In this document: one piece after another, positions 1 through 11,569 of the stretch
Numbering within the stretch: the first letter of the stretch is position 1
How the letters are laid out: the number at the start of each line of letters is the position of its first letter
NCBI GenBank assembly: GCA_038087875.1
Contig: JAXLNO010000263.1
Location: 1-64,000 of the forward strand
DNA: 64,000 bases
Origin: Malacoraja senta
Lineage: Eukaryota
Direction of reading: 5' to 3'
Made by a program: the position numbers and the translations under genes
Notes under the pieces: model-generated
What the model was told of the DNA's origin: nothing
What the model saw: the letters and a program-made list of their open reading frames with translations, nothing else
Database searches by the model: none

Positions 1-549
1 GCAATTTTTTTATACATCTGACTAATAATAAATTGACTTCATCTCTTATTCTTCTCAACACCACATCCGTTCACTGTTTGTGCTATGTCCTATGGATCAC
101 TCCCCTGATAAGCCTGAGACACATTTGGTCTCACACTCTGCCGCACAATCATTTCTTCAATGTAATTATCATCACAGCTGAAAATACAATGCTTTACATA
201 TTCACGAATACCATCTTTTAGGTGTCATCTGCAAACATCAAAGTATGCACATGAAACTGACCACAAGGCGAATTATTCTAATCAGTAACTGCAGCGATCA
301 CGTACATTGTATTTGATGCATTTCTGGATATCATGAACACAAGCACAACTATATCTACTTTGAAGGCTTTTTCTACTCTTCATCTAGGTTTCTCTGCTCT
401 AATACCAAGTTACACACTAACTTCCTATCCTCTGCTCTCTCTTTGCATACTCGTCTCTTCTACTGCTTTTGGTTCATCTTCAATTCTCTTAACTTTGCTA
501 CAAGAGTTTTGAGTCAAATTTGCCAGACTTTGTCTACACTAAATTAGTA

Positions 550-1340
550 TTGGCTTTATTATTGTAAACGTGTTTCCAATAGACAATAGACAATAGGTGC
601 AGGAGTAGGCCATTCGGCCCTTCGAGCCAGCCGTTCCAAGATACAGTGAAATGTTTTCTTTGCAAGCTATCCAGTCAAATCATACTATTCATGAATACAG
701 TCAAGTCATGCACAAGTCCAACACGTAGGGCAAAGAGAAAAATACCAGAGTGAGGAATATAATGCTACAGCATTATAGCGTTGCTGTTACAAAGATATAT
801 AAGCTAAGGAACATGCAGCATTTGACTCTCTCCACTGCCACCCTGCCAATGATGACAGGTTTGTGGATCCTCAGCTTTCTCTTCCTGGTCAGCAATCAGC
901 TCCTTGATCTTGCCAGCATTGAGAGCAAGATTGTTGTTCTGACAACATTCGACTAGATTATGGATCTCTCTCCGGTACTCTGACATGTAACACCTGTTAT
1001 TCTTTCATCAATGGTGGTATCGAAAGTGAATTTAAAGATGGCATTGGAGCTGTCTGTCTATATAGTCATAAGTGTAGTGAGAAAGCAGAGCAGAGAGTTG
1101 AGCACATAGCCTTGAGGTGCTCCGGTGTTGATGGTTATCAATGAAGACATGTTGTTTGCTAATTCGTACTGATTGTGGTCTGCCAATGTGGAAGTCTAGG
1201 ATCCAGTTGCATAGGGATGAGCAGAGTTCGACAATGTTTAGAAGGGATGATGATGTTGAACACCATCTGACATACATGTTACTATTATCTAAGTGGTCCA
1301 ATGCCAGCGTGATTGCATCCTCTGTTGATCTGTTGTGACA
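550..1340 (-). mobile_element. Degenerate Rex1/Babar-type LINE (RT fragment and 3' end), with a short CR1 3' tail at ~577-632
   Basis: Minus-strand ORFs LVECCQNNNLALNAGKIKELIAD and [18 protein letters not shown]; (CAATAGA)n CR1 tail. Confidence 0.7.
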
Positions 1341-1542
1341 GTCGGAGAATGGTAGTGGGTCCAGGTCATTACTGGGTGCCCAGTGTCTAAATAAAGTTGG
1401 CTTGTGTACCCGATTGGAAACCCGGATCTCAGTGAGAAGAATCCCCCCCCCCTGTCAGGCACAAATCCAGTGATCCCTACAAAAGGCTTATAAAAATGTT
1501 CTAACATGATGGTCTCCAGCAGAGTTGCTGTCTCATAGATAC

Positions 1543-1795
1543 TGCCTATGTGAGGTCTGCATGTTCTCCCTATGACCCGCGAGGATCTCCTACGGGTGCT
1601 CGGGTTTCCTCCCACATCCCAAAGACATGCGGGTTTGTAGGTTAATTGCCCTCTGTAAATTGCCCCTAGTGTGTGTTCGGGGTTAATGAGAAAGTGAGGT
1701 AACGTAGAATTTGTGTGAACTGGTCATCAACAGTCAGGGTGGACTTGGTGGGCCGAAGGGCCAGTTTCCAATGCAATCTCCCTAAAATAAACTAG
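1543..1795 (+). mobile_element. tRNA-derived V-SINE/HE1-like SINE (5'-truncated)
   Basis: gtttcctcccacatcccaaagac core and CR1-like tail gggccgaagggcc. Confidence 0.75.
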
Positions 1796-2029
1796 TTTAG
1801 AGAAAACTTTTGTTGGAATGTTTAGCTTCAAAATAGGCATACTGATGGGTGTTGTTATCTGCTTAGTCTGTACACTTCAGGCGGAGGTGTAGTGCGCTGA
1901 GCAATCCTGTGCCCAAATTCATCCCCAGCCAGTGAATGGGTATGAGCATTAGTGTGGATCCAGAGTATTATCTGTGTTAATGACATGAGAGGGGAAGTGT
2001 ATCTTGAAACTAACATCACAGAGGATGGT

Positions 2030-2160
2030 GTTTGTGTTGTGTGTGTAAATGTCTGATGTGTGGGCATGTGAGTGTGCCTGTGTGTGTGTTTGTGCATGTG
2101 TATGAGTGTGTGTGTTGTGTATCATGTGCTAGAGTGTATGTGTGTGTACGCATGTCAGTT
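2030..2160. repeat. Degenerate (GT)n microsatellite
   Basis: GT-rich run. Confidence 0.85.
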
Positions 2161-2644
2161 TGGAATGTACACCTTTATGATGATTTAACACTGAATAATG
2201 TTACGACAATTTAAGTTAAGTTGGATTACATGTTAATAACAATGAGGTTGTATTTATATTTCAATAAAGACCTAAATATGTCTTGAGTAATTAATGGAAA
2301 TGAAGGTGGCATGGGTATTATTGACGATGTGAGAGTTAATCATTGTGAGGAGTGATTGTTCATTACAGTTACATGAGATTGGTCTGTGTCAATAACAGTG
2401 GGCGTGTGTTTGCATATTAAAACAGTGAGTATGGAGTTTGCCTGTGACTGACAGTGAGGAAAGTGCTAGTAAAGAATGGCACAGAGAGGGGCAGTATTTT
2501 AGTGGGGGAACCAACTTTCTGTTGAAGATATTGGTATAGGTTTATGGTCACGTGTACCGATATGGTAAAAAAACATTGTTTTGCATACTATCCAAGCAGA
2601 TCACACCATACATGACTGCATCAGGTAATGCAAATGAGGAAATA

Positions 2645-2970
2645 GTCCATTCAAGTCTGATAACAGCTGTTCTTGCATCTGCTGGTGCAGGATTTCAAGC
2701 TTTTGTGTCTTCTGCTTGATGGGAGGATGAAAAGAAGGACTGACTGAGCTGTGAGTGCTCCGTGATTATGATGTCTGCTTTCAAGGCAGTCGATAGGGAG
2801 GTGGATGGTTTGTGTGGTTGATTGGGCTGCGTTCACAACTCTCTCAAATTTCTTGCAGCCTTAGACAGATCGGTTGCAATACCTAACTGTGATTTATCCA
2901 GTTCGGATATCTTCTATGGTGTATCTTTAGAAGTCGGCAATACTCATTGCCGAATTTCATTAGCCTTCTG
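2645..2970 (-). mobile_element. Rex1/Babar-type LINE 3' fragment
   Basis: Minus ORF LPSSRRHKSLKSCTSRCKNS; RNLRELNAAQS-like motif. Confidence 0.6.
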
Positions 2971-3392
2971 GAAATTCAAGTTCCACATGTGAGTGTTGGT
3001 CAATATTGAGCGGGGACTTTTAGGCAGTCTGTGTTAAGGAAGGAATGTATCGTCTTCCTGTGCAGCTGAAATGGGCATTGAGATCGAGGCTTATGTTTGT
3101 GTTTGAAAATTAAGTTAACCTTACAGTTAGTGTAGGAACCTTACACCCTACCCGTGGCAATGTCTGAAAGAGGTCATTCATCCTTCACTGCCAGCAATCC
3201 CAGCAGCTATGGTTGAAGCGAATGTTTTACTCAGCCTGTTATTTACGGGCTGTGTGGTCATGAGTGGGAGAGGGTGGGTGGGCATGGAATGGCTGTGAAT
3301 TGGGAGGTGTTAGTCTAAAGAGTCAGATCTAGTTATATCATGGTGAAACGACAGCCTACTAGTCAGTGCAAAGAATTCCTGTCTGCCAAGGC

Positions 3393-4147
3393 CAAGAGCA
3401 GAACTCGCTATCAAAACATGGAGGGGACGGGGGACACAATTTTTTGGCGGCCACGCGCGCATGCGCACACTCACACACACACACGCGCGCGAGGCTTCGG
3501 AGGCTCAACCCAGCGCTAAATGCAGCTCAACAATGCCTGTCCCACCGGGCTAACTACAGCTGTGCCTGGGCTGACGGGACACCAGCGCTGCTTCTCCACG
3601 CTGGCCATATTTCCCGCAAGCCCAGGAAGGCTGTAGGCTCACCTGGCGGGACAGGCAGAGTTAGCTGGGTTTAGCGCTGCTTCTCTGCGTTGGCCCGTCT
3701 GACTGCCGACCAAAGATCCTATAGCGGAGGATCTTTGCTGCCGACCTCTCTGGCCACCCGGGGGGGGGGCACTCGGGTGGGGACAGGACAGCTCCGGAGA
3801 CCCGGCCGGGATCGATCCTGCCTGCGGATGAAGTGCAGGTCTGTGCCATGTCTCTCTCCTCCAATCGCCGCACTCTATCCTCAGGCCCACCCCCCCCCCC
3901 ACTCCTCCCTCCTCCAATCATCATGCTGAATCATGTCCCGCCCCCATTGCCTGCTGACCGACGTCTCTCTCGTTCAATCGGCGCCCTCGATCATCAGTCC
4001 CACCCCCACTGTCTCGCGGAAAGCGGAGATTTCACCGGATTTTTAAATCCGGATCACAAACACTTGGGGGGGATGTCCCCCACCTCTCAAAACATGGAGG
4101 GGACGTGTCCCCTCTGCCCCCCCCCCCCCCCGGGTTTTCCGCCCCTG
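3393..4147. mobile_element. Non-autonomous hAT-like DNA transposon
   Basis: 8-bp TSD GCCAAGGC (3385-3392, 4148-4155); TIR CAGGGGCGGAA at right end, degenerate CAAGAGCAGAA at left. Confidence 0.75.
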
Positions 4148-4155
4148 GCCAAGGC

Positions 4156-4930
4156 CATTGATAAAAAGCATCCTATTGCGATGCATCGCAACTTGGTTTG
4201 GGAACAGCACTGCTCAGGACCGCAAGAAATTGCAGAGAGTTGTGGATGTAGCCCAGTCCATCACACAGATCAGACTCAAGCCCCCCAACACCCACTCCAT
4301 CTCCACTTCCCACTGCCTCGGGAAAGCAGCCAACATAGGCATGGACCATTTTCACCCAGGTCATTCCGTCTTCTCCCCTCTTCCGTCCAGCACAAGATAC
4401 AAAAGCTTGAAAGCACATACCACCAGATTCAGGAACTCTCTGCCACAGAGGGTAGTCGAGGCCAGTTCATTGGCTATATTTAAGAGGGAGTTAGATGTGG
4501 CCCTTGTGGCTAAAGGGATCAGAGGGTATGGAGAGAAGGCAGGTACGGGATACTGAGTTGGATGATCAGCCATGATCATATTGAATGGCGGTGCAGGCTC
4601 GAAGGGCCGAATGGCCTACTCCTGCACCTAATTTCTATGTTTCTATGTTTCTATGCTTCTTCCCCACTGTTATAAGACTACTAAATGATCCTCTCACAAG
4701 CTGGGGTACAGTCCTGATCTGCCAACCAAGCTCATTGTGGATTTTGCACTTGTTTTAACAATAATTTACACTATAATGCTACAGTGCTATATTCTGCTCT
4801 CTGGTGTTTTTCTCTTTGCTCTTCCTGTTGTGCTTGGAAAAGGCTTGTTTGTACTCTTGTGTAGTATGATTTCAGGATAGCACACAAACAAACCTTTTGA
4901 ATGTATTGGTCCAGGTGACAATAATAAACC
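4156..4930 (+). mobile_element. Rex1/Babar-type LINE 3' end interrupted by a CR1 3' fragment (~4434-4655)
   Basis: SILLRCIATWFGNSTAQDRKKLQRVV...TTRFRNS, then CR1 NSLPQRVVEA...GIRGYG and (TTTCTATG)n tail; Rex sequence resumes at cttcttcccc. Confidence 0.8.
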
Positions 4931-5721
4931 GACATCCATGGCCTGACTCGGAAACCAACTCTAATCTACACATCATACTGGAGAGGATTTATTATTTTAG
5001 ATAAATTAGACAGTAAAGGTTTAAATCCAAACTAACATTGTTTGCTGGGGTTTCCTCTGTTAATGCCCCTGCAGTGTCAGCTGTAACTAGTTAGTGATGT
5101 TCTGAACATGAAGCACATGGTTCAGTGTCTACCCTAGTGACATGACCACAATGGCCTTGACTCTCGAGTCGATAGCAGGCAAACTCAGACACACCCCCAC
5201 CCCCATTGGAGCAGTCAAGAGGAGGAAATTCAGGCAAAGTATCCTTTTTTGTGTTTTACACTTGTTAGAGAATAACACATCATGTTCGTAGAGGCTGACA
5301 GGGGTATTCTTGGAGGCAGATACAACAATGGCATTTAAGGGCCTTTAGATGGGCAAATGGATATGCAGGGAATGGGGGGGTTTGGATCACATTCAGGCAG
5401 AGGAGATTAGTTTAACTGATCTTCCCAATGTTTTGAATAAAAGAAGGCACACCTGCGAGAGAATCAGATATAAGTTATGTTAATTTTTTAAAGCTATTTT
5501 GGCAATTATTTTGGCAAACATTAAAAAATACTACTGTAACTCTTATCAAGGATTTGCCCCCAAAACTAAATGGGATACTTGTGCTTTTTAAAAAAAACAT
5601 TTAAATGCGTTTAAAAGTAGGTGGAATTTTTCCAGACTTTAACATTTTTAATATATTTAACTTTGTTATTTTTCTAAAGATTTGAGAACCCTTTGAATAT
5701 TTCCAAAATGATTTTCACAGT

Positions 5722-6015
5722 GCACAGTGGTGCAGCGGTAGAGCTGCTGCCTCAGAGCACCAGAGACCCAGGTGCAATCCTGACCTCGGCTGCTGTCTGT
5801 GTGGAGTTTGCAGGTTCTCCCTGTGACCGTGTGGGTTTCCTCCCAATGCTCCAGTTTCCTCTCGCATTCCAGCTGCATGCAGGGTTGTAAGTTAATCAGC
5901 CTCTGTATATTGCCCCTAGTGTGTAGGATGCGAAAGTGGGATAACATAGAACTATTGTGAATGGGTGATCGGTGGTTAGCGTGGACTTGGTGGGCTGAAG
6001 TGGCTGTATTTCTGA
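5722..6015 (+). mobile_element. tRNA-derived V-SINE/HE1-like SINE
   Basis: gcacagtggtgcagcggtagagctgctgcc head, V-domain core, CR1-like tail. Confidence 0.85.
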
Positions 6016-7305
6016 ATTCTAAATAGTTTGTGCGGACCACCAACCATCTCTTTTCACTAATCCTACCCGTTTTTTAATCTCCCATCATTCTCATGAACTC
6101 CCCCCACCCCCTCCCCCTCCCCCTCCCCCCAAATTAATCAGACAGCTTTGCTGTTTGTCTCAATTCTCCCAGTAAATCACAGCTGTGCCCCAGGAATTAT
6201 CAGAGCACATAAATGAAGCTTTTCTGTTGCTGACTAATTAATAACAAATGGACCTACAGTCCCAGCGTGGAGTTAATACTGAATCACTTGACATGTTGGT
6301 ATATTAGCCTCGATATTAACCTTGCAATAGCCAAGTATTCCCTGGAGAACAGCATGTGGCCTACTCTAATGAGGCTCATCAACATTCCTTGCATAAAACC
6401 CTGATTCCGCATGTCTGATTCAATCAGCAATTAGTGAGAGAAACCATGCTTAACTCTTCATTCACCAACTCTGATCATTCCTCTGAATATCCTCTGAGGC
6501 TCTCAATATTCCCACTTGCCCATTTTCCCTCTTTCACCCATCCCCTCTGTGTTGAGAACAAGGCATATTCTGGAGCCAGGAGGAATCTCCCAGGACCCAC
6601 TCTCTCTGCCAGTCTACTGATGCTCCAAACCCAAGCTTCGTGGGTCTAAATCACTGCTAAATGTACCTTCAGCCTCTCAACTTAGCATTAAAGGATGCTC
6701 TTTCACATTTGTTCCACAATAGAGATTCCTGTAATACCTACACTATTGATTTTTAATTCAGGTTTAACTCAGAGATTAGTGTGGATACCAAGCAGTAACC
6801 AGTGCAGACACAAGGAACTGCAAATGCTGGAACCTTTGGTGTTGGAGGAGCTCAAGGGGTCAGGGTGCATCAGTACAGGAATGGATGGATGATATTTCAG
6901 GGACCCTTCTTCAGACTGATGAAGATGGCGAGATCTCCTCAAAGACTACCTTGAAGAGGTTCTCCCTAACTGCAGTTCCTAGTATCTCCATTTTACTGTT
7001 CCACTGAAAAATCTCTTCAAAGTTTGGCTACTTTGTAGAGTTTCTTCCCCCCTCCATCTGAAGAATGGTCCTGACCTGAAATGTTGGCTGTCCATTCCCT
7101 CCACAGATGCTGCCTGACCCGCTGTTCCTCCAGCACTTTGTGTTTTGCTCGGTACAAGAGTTTTCTTTGGCCGATGCAAAATCTTACCTTCACATCCTTA
7201 ACTCCAATCTGGTGGTATCTAGCGAGCAGTGCGTGACATCCCTGTGCTGTACATGACACTGAGAGACCCATTCTCACCAACCAGGTACAAAACCTGTCCT
7301 CCTTC

Positions 7306-7595
7306 GTTTTAGTTTAGAGATACAGCATGGAAACAGGCCCTTCGGCCCATCAAGTCCGCACTGACCAGCGATCCCCGTGCACACTAGGGACAATTTACAA
7401 TGATACCCAACCAATTGGCCCACAAACCTGTATGTCTTTGTAGTGTGGGAGGAAACCAGAGCACCCGGAGAAAACCTATGCAGGTCACGGGGAGAACGTA
7501 CAAACTCGGTACAGACAAGCGCTCGTAGTCAGGATCGAACCCGGGTCTCTGGCGCTGTAAGGCAGCAACTCTACCGCTGCGCCACCGTGCCACCC
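7306..7595 (-). mobile_element. tRNA-derived V-SINE/HE1-like SINE
   Basis: Minus strand: ggcacggtggcgcagcggtagag head with gggttcgatcc B box; (CTAAA)n tail. Confidence 0.88.
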
Positions 7596-8059
7596 TGCCT
7601 TGTCGCACCTGACCTTACAGATCTCCTTTTGTTACAGCAAACAGTCTGGGACCACTTCCTATGATATGGCGATCACTGTGACACCCTGCATGTGTTACAG
7701 GCCGCTCTGTTGCATCTTAATCCTCGATGTGGGTCATTTTTTGACAACCTCCCCCCCCCCCCCCCCCCCCCCCCCCCGGTTTAAAATCTTAGCGAAGACC
7801 CCTCCCTGAATTATAGGTTACCCTGTGAACTTTCTCCCGTCGTGCAGCAAAAACCTTCATCTTGTTGATCTTATGGTTAGCCACTGCGTGACCTCCACTT
7901 ACAGCTCACCTCATGAGGCCCTTTCACATTTTACAACTTGCACTGTGATACACCTTCTCCTGCCCTGCCCACTGATACAAATATAACATTCCGGAGTTGG
8001 AAAGATGAAACAATGAGTGTACTTTGAGAGAGTGAGTTTGTGCTTGAGCTGTCTGTGCA

Positions 8060-8460
8060 GAGAACATAGTACATAGAGGAGGACAGCAGAGGAACATGCC
8101 CACATTGTCTGTGCCGAACATGGTGTCAACATAAACTCATCTCCTCTGTCTGTGCCTGATCCATATCCCTCCATCCCCTGCATATCCATCTGCCTATCTA
8201 AAAAGTCTCATCAATGCCACTATTGTATCTGCCTGCACCACAACTCCTGGCAGCATATTCCAGGCACCCACCACCCTCTGTATACAAAAATATGCCCCTC
8301 TGACTTAAAGCTATGCCCTCTAGTCTCTGCCATTTCTACCCTGGGAAAAAGGTTCTGACTACCCAATCTATGCCACATAATTTTACAGATTTCTATGAGG
8401 TCTCCCCTCAACCTCCGACGTTCCAAAGAAAACAATCCTAGTTTTTCCAACCTCCTAATC
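8060..8460 (-). mobile_element. CR1-type LINE 3' fragment
   Basis: RLEKLGLFSLERRRLRGDLIEICKIM. Confidence 0.8.
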
Positions 8461-8727
8461 CAGGCAGTGTTTTGGTAAACCAAGACTAATAGAGTAATAT
8501 GAACAACAGGCAGAGCTTTTCCACCCTCCCAGTTAGTAATCATGATGTTAATCAAAATAGTTTTTGTGGCAAGAAGTGAAACTAGTCATCAGCTGTTTTA
8601 CACCAGTGTATAATGTCCAGGTCCCAGCTCAGAGAATCGTGATTCGAATAAAGAGCGACTTCAGTTCAGTCTGTTCACACTCCGCCACAGCTACGGACAC
8701 TCATTAAATTTTTTTTTCCTTTTCTAG

Positions 8728-8763
8728 GGTCTGGTGGGTTGGACTGGACCTCCAGGAACTCCG
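8728..8763 (+). CDS. col9a2: col9a2-like exon 6 (GLVGWTGPPGTP)
   Basis: tttctag|GGT...CCG|gtaag; 36 bp Gly-X-Y. Confidence 0.9.
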
Positions 8764-8880
8764 GTAAGATTGCTCGTTCTTTGTGTCTGCCGATAGTTTG
8801 TCTAATAACAAGATCATCAAATACTTTGCTAGTTATTCCATCTTTGATTTGTACCTAACTTCTATCTGCTTTATTTTTAG

Positions 8881-8904
8881 GGGTCTGGAACCAGGGGACT
8901 GCCT
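8881..8904 (+). CDS. col9a2: col9a2-like exon 7 (GSGTRGLP; COL3 imperfection)
   Basis: ttttag|GGG...CCT|gtaagt; 24 bp, equivalent to human GPGFAGPP. Confidence 0.88.
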
Positions 8905-11183
8905 GTAAGTTTAACAAATGTACTCAGTAACAGACCCCAGGTGTTAGTTGGGGTGTAACTGATCATTTTTCCAACCTATATTGATTGGGGAGGATTCAGG
9001 GTAAAATGCTTTTAAACATGTCTGCTTTCCCAATTTTTAATTTGTCTGTCTAAGGGCGTGGAGTAAACTGATTCAATCACAATGTTCAGGTGGCAATTGC
9101 ATTTAGTCTTGACAAGGAACAATTTGAAGGATCTCAGGGTCATAGTCCATACCTTCTTGAAAGTGGATGCACAAGTAGATAGGATGGTAAAGTCGGCATA
9201 TGTGTTCTAGGAGCAGAATTTGGTCATTCGGCCCATCAAGTCTACTCTGCCATTCAATCACGGCTGATCTATCTTAACCCCTGGTGTTTGAGGGGAAATG
9301 TGATAGAAGTAGATATAATTATGAGAGGCAAAGATATAGACAGTCTGAACCAAGATTGGAAATAGTAAATACTAGAGTGCATTGCTTTCAGGTGAGAGGG
9401 GCAGAGTTTAAAGGAGATGCGTGGGGCAGGTTTTTTACACTGAAGGCGATGAGTGCCTGGAATGTGCTGCCAGGGATGGTGGTGGAGGCTGATACGATAG
9501 TGGATAAGCAAGTGGATATGCAAGGAAAGGAGGAATATGGATTATGTGCTGGCAGATAAGGATTGGTCTTTCATCATGTTCGGAACAGCTATTATGGGCC
9601 AAAGGGCCTGTTCCTCTGCTGTACGAATGTGCTGTGTGGTGTATGAATTTCATAGGCATAGGTGGGGGTATAAAAAGAACAGCTGGACTTCTTCATCGGG
9701 ATTATTGGTTTGTTTTGGATTTGCAAACATGGTCACTTCTGCCGGGGGCCTGGGGCCCATCTCATGAAATAGGTGGGAGCTTTTATCTGCAAGAAAGTCC
9801 CTTTCAAAGCAGGGTCTGGCAAGTTAATGAAAATAGCTGAGATTCTAAGAATGAATTGACAGATAAACAGGACCATACAAGTAGGTGTCATACCGTAGAT
9901 GTCACCTCTTCAAAAATTCAGAAACAAGAAGACATTCGATATCCTGTTCCCAAAGCCACGTTGACTATCCGTGATCAATCCTTGCCTTTCCAACAGGAAT
10001 CCCTACCAATAACATACCCACCACCAATGTTATGCTCACCAGCCTGTGGCTCCCTGGCTCTTCCTTGCAGCCCTTCTTAATCAAAGGCACAACATGAGCC
10101 ACTTTCCAGTCTTCCACTACCTTAACCCATGGCTAAGGAAGACACAAGCCAAGGCCACAGCAATTTCTCCCCAGCTTCCCACACCTTCATAGGGTTCACA
10201 TGATCAGGCTTAAAAATCAAAATAAATGGATTAGGCTGGAAGGGTAAGGGGGTTCTGGGGTAAAGGTGGATAAACCATTAAAAGGAGAAATGTAATTCAG
10301 CAGAATAATCAGGAGAGTATTGACCAAAGGCATTTGTTTCACGGGACACATAATTCAAAAGCAGTGAAGTTATTTTGAACTCGTGTTACCCTGTGGTTTG
10401 AATGTACCTCGAGCACCGGGCACGTTATATTGTACAAAATGGTGATGGAAACATCTTCAACCCCCCCCCCCCCCCCACCTCACCAGCCCCAACTCCACCC
10501 CTGTCCATTCCCACCTCCCCCTCCCCCACCTCCATTCCTCTCCACCCCTTGATCCTCATGCCAGCGGAGCCCTGATTAATTTGCCACCTCCAAACCCACC
10601 ATTGGTGGAATCTCATGTCGATGTCCATCATGTCTGTGTTGTGCAGCAACTCTGCACTGATCGTCTTTGTTGGATCTTTCTGCTCCATGAACTCCTACTT
10701 AGAGTCCGACAGCCCTTACTGCCCTGAACCTTCAACATGGGAGCATGCAGAGACATGCTCCTTCCCCTCCTGTATGCTATTTGATTAAAACATGTTTCAT
10801 AACTTGAAACTTTGGTGCCGACATGTTATTGACCAAGTTGTGTATCATATCCCTCAGTTGATAGTTCCAATCAGGTATCTCATTTCGAATTGGTTGGTAA
10901 AAGTTCATCAGAAGTTTGAACCTGAAAAGGCATTATCTGCATGGACATTTAATTCTCGCAACTGCTGAACCAACCTAGGGCAGAATTAACGTTCTCCTCC
11001 CAATTCAATGGCTTTGAGTAGTGGTCCTATTTCCCATCAATCTTCATCAGCTAGCAGCAGGCAGGCAGGCAGGCAGCCTTTCCCCTGATCACTCTCACGA
11101 TGATGTTTAATTTATCATCAGGTGTGAATCACCACTGTGTCTGGTTGTCTACTAATTATGTCATCTTCTTGAATTTACTTCAG

Positions 11184-11237
11184 GGTTCTAGTGGTACAGT
11201 TGGGCTTCCTGGAGAGATTGGACGCCCAGGATCTCAA
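11184..11237 (+). CDS. col9a2: col9a2-like exon 8 (GSSGTVGLPGEIGRPGSQ)
   Basis: cag|...|gtaagt; 54 bp. Confidence 0.93.
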
Positions 11238-11569
11238 GTAAGTGATAATAGTTACCAAGCGCATGTTGGGCAACAAAGAGCTAATTCTCTGGAGCAAAAT
11301 GAGAAGCAGCAGTGACCATATCTGGCCAATCTGTTCAGGCAGAAATTCTCTGACCTGAACCTCAGTGAGGCACCTGCACTTCAGTCTGAATATCACGGCT
11401 GAAAGCTGCTACCTAACGCAGGCACAAATAGAGGGGAGAGAGTGGTTCTTCACCAACTGACATTATTCTATTATCTCTGCTGTACTTGGTCACCGCAACT
11501 TCCTCTGGCTACACCACTGGTTCTGAACCACTCCCATTGCTCTCCCTAGTTTACCCCTCACACTTCCAA

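Noticed and set aside
3833..4483. 216-aa proline-rich ORF
   Set aside because: It arises from poly-C tracts in the hAT element and an off-frame LINE fragment.
4158..4556. ORF resembling a DUF1891/ALKBH8-N-like host domain
   Set aside because: It is a chimera of a Rex/Babar RT C-terminus and a CR1 tail, not a host gene.
5722..5800. tRNA-like A/B box sequences at SINE heads
   Set aside because: They continue into SINE core and tail sequence and do not form a complete cloverleaf.
8881..8904. Gly-X-Y interruption (GS-GTR) as a possible lesion
   Set aside because: It matches the conserved 24-bp imperfection exon of collagen IX COL3.
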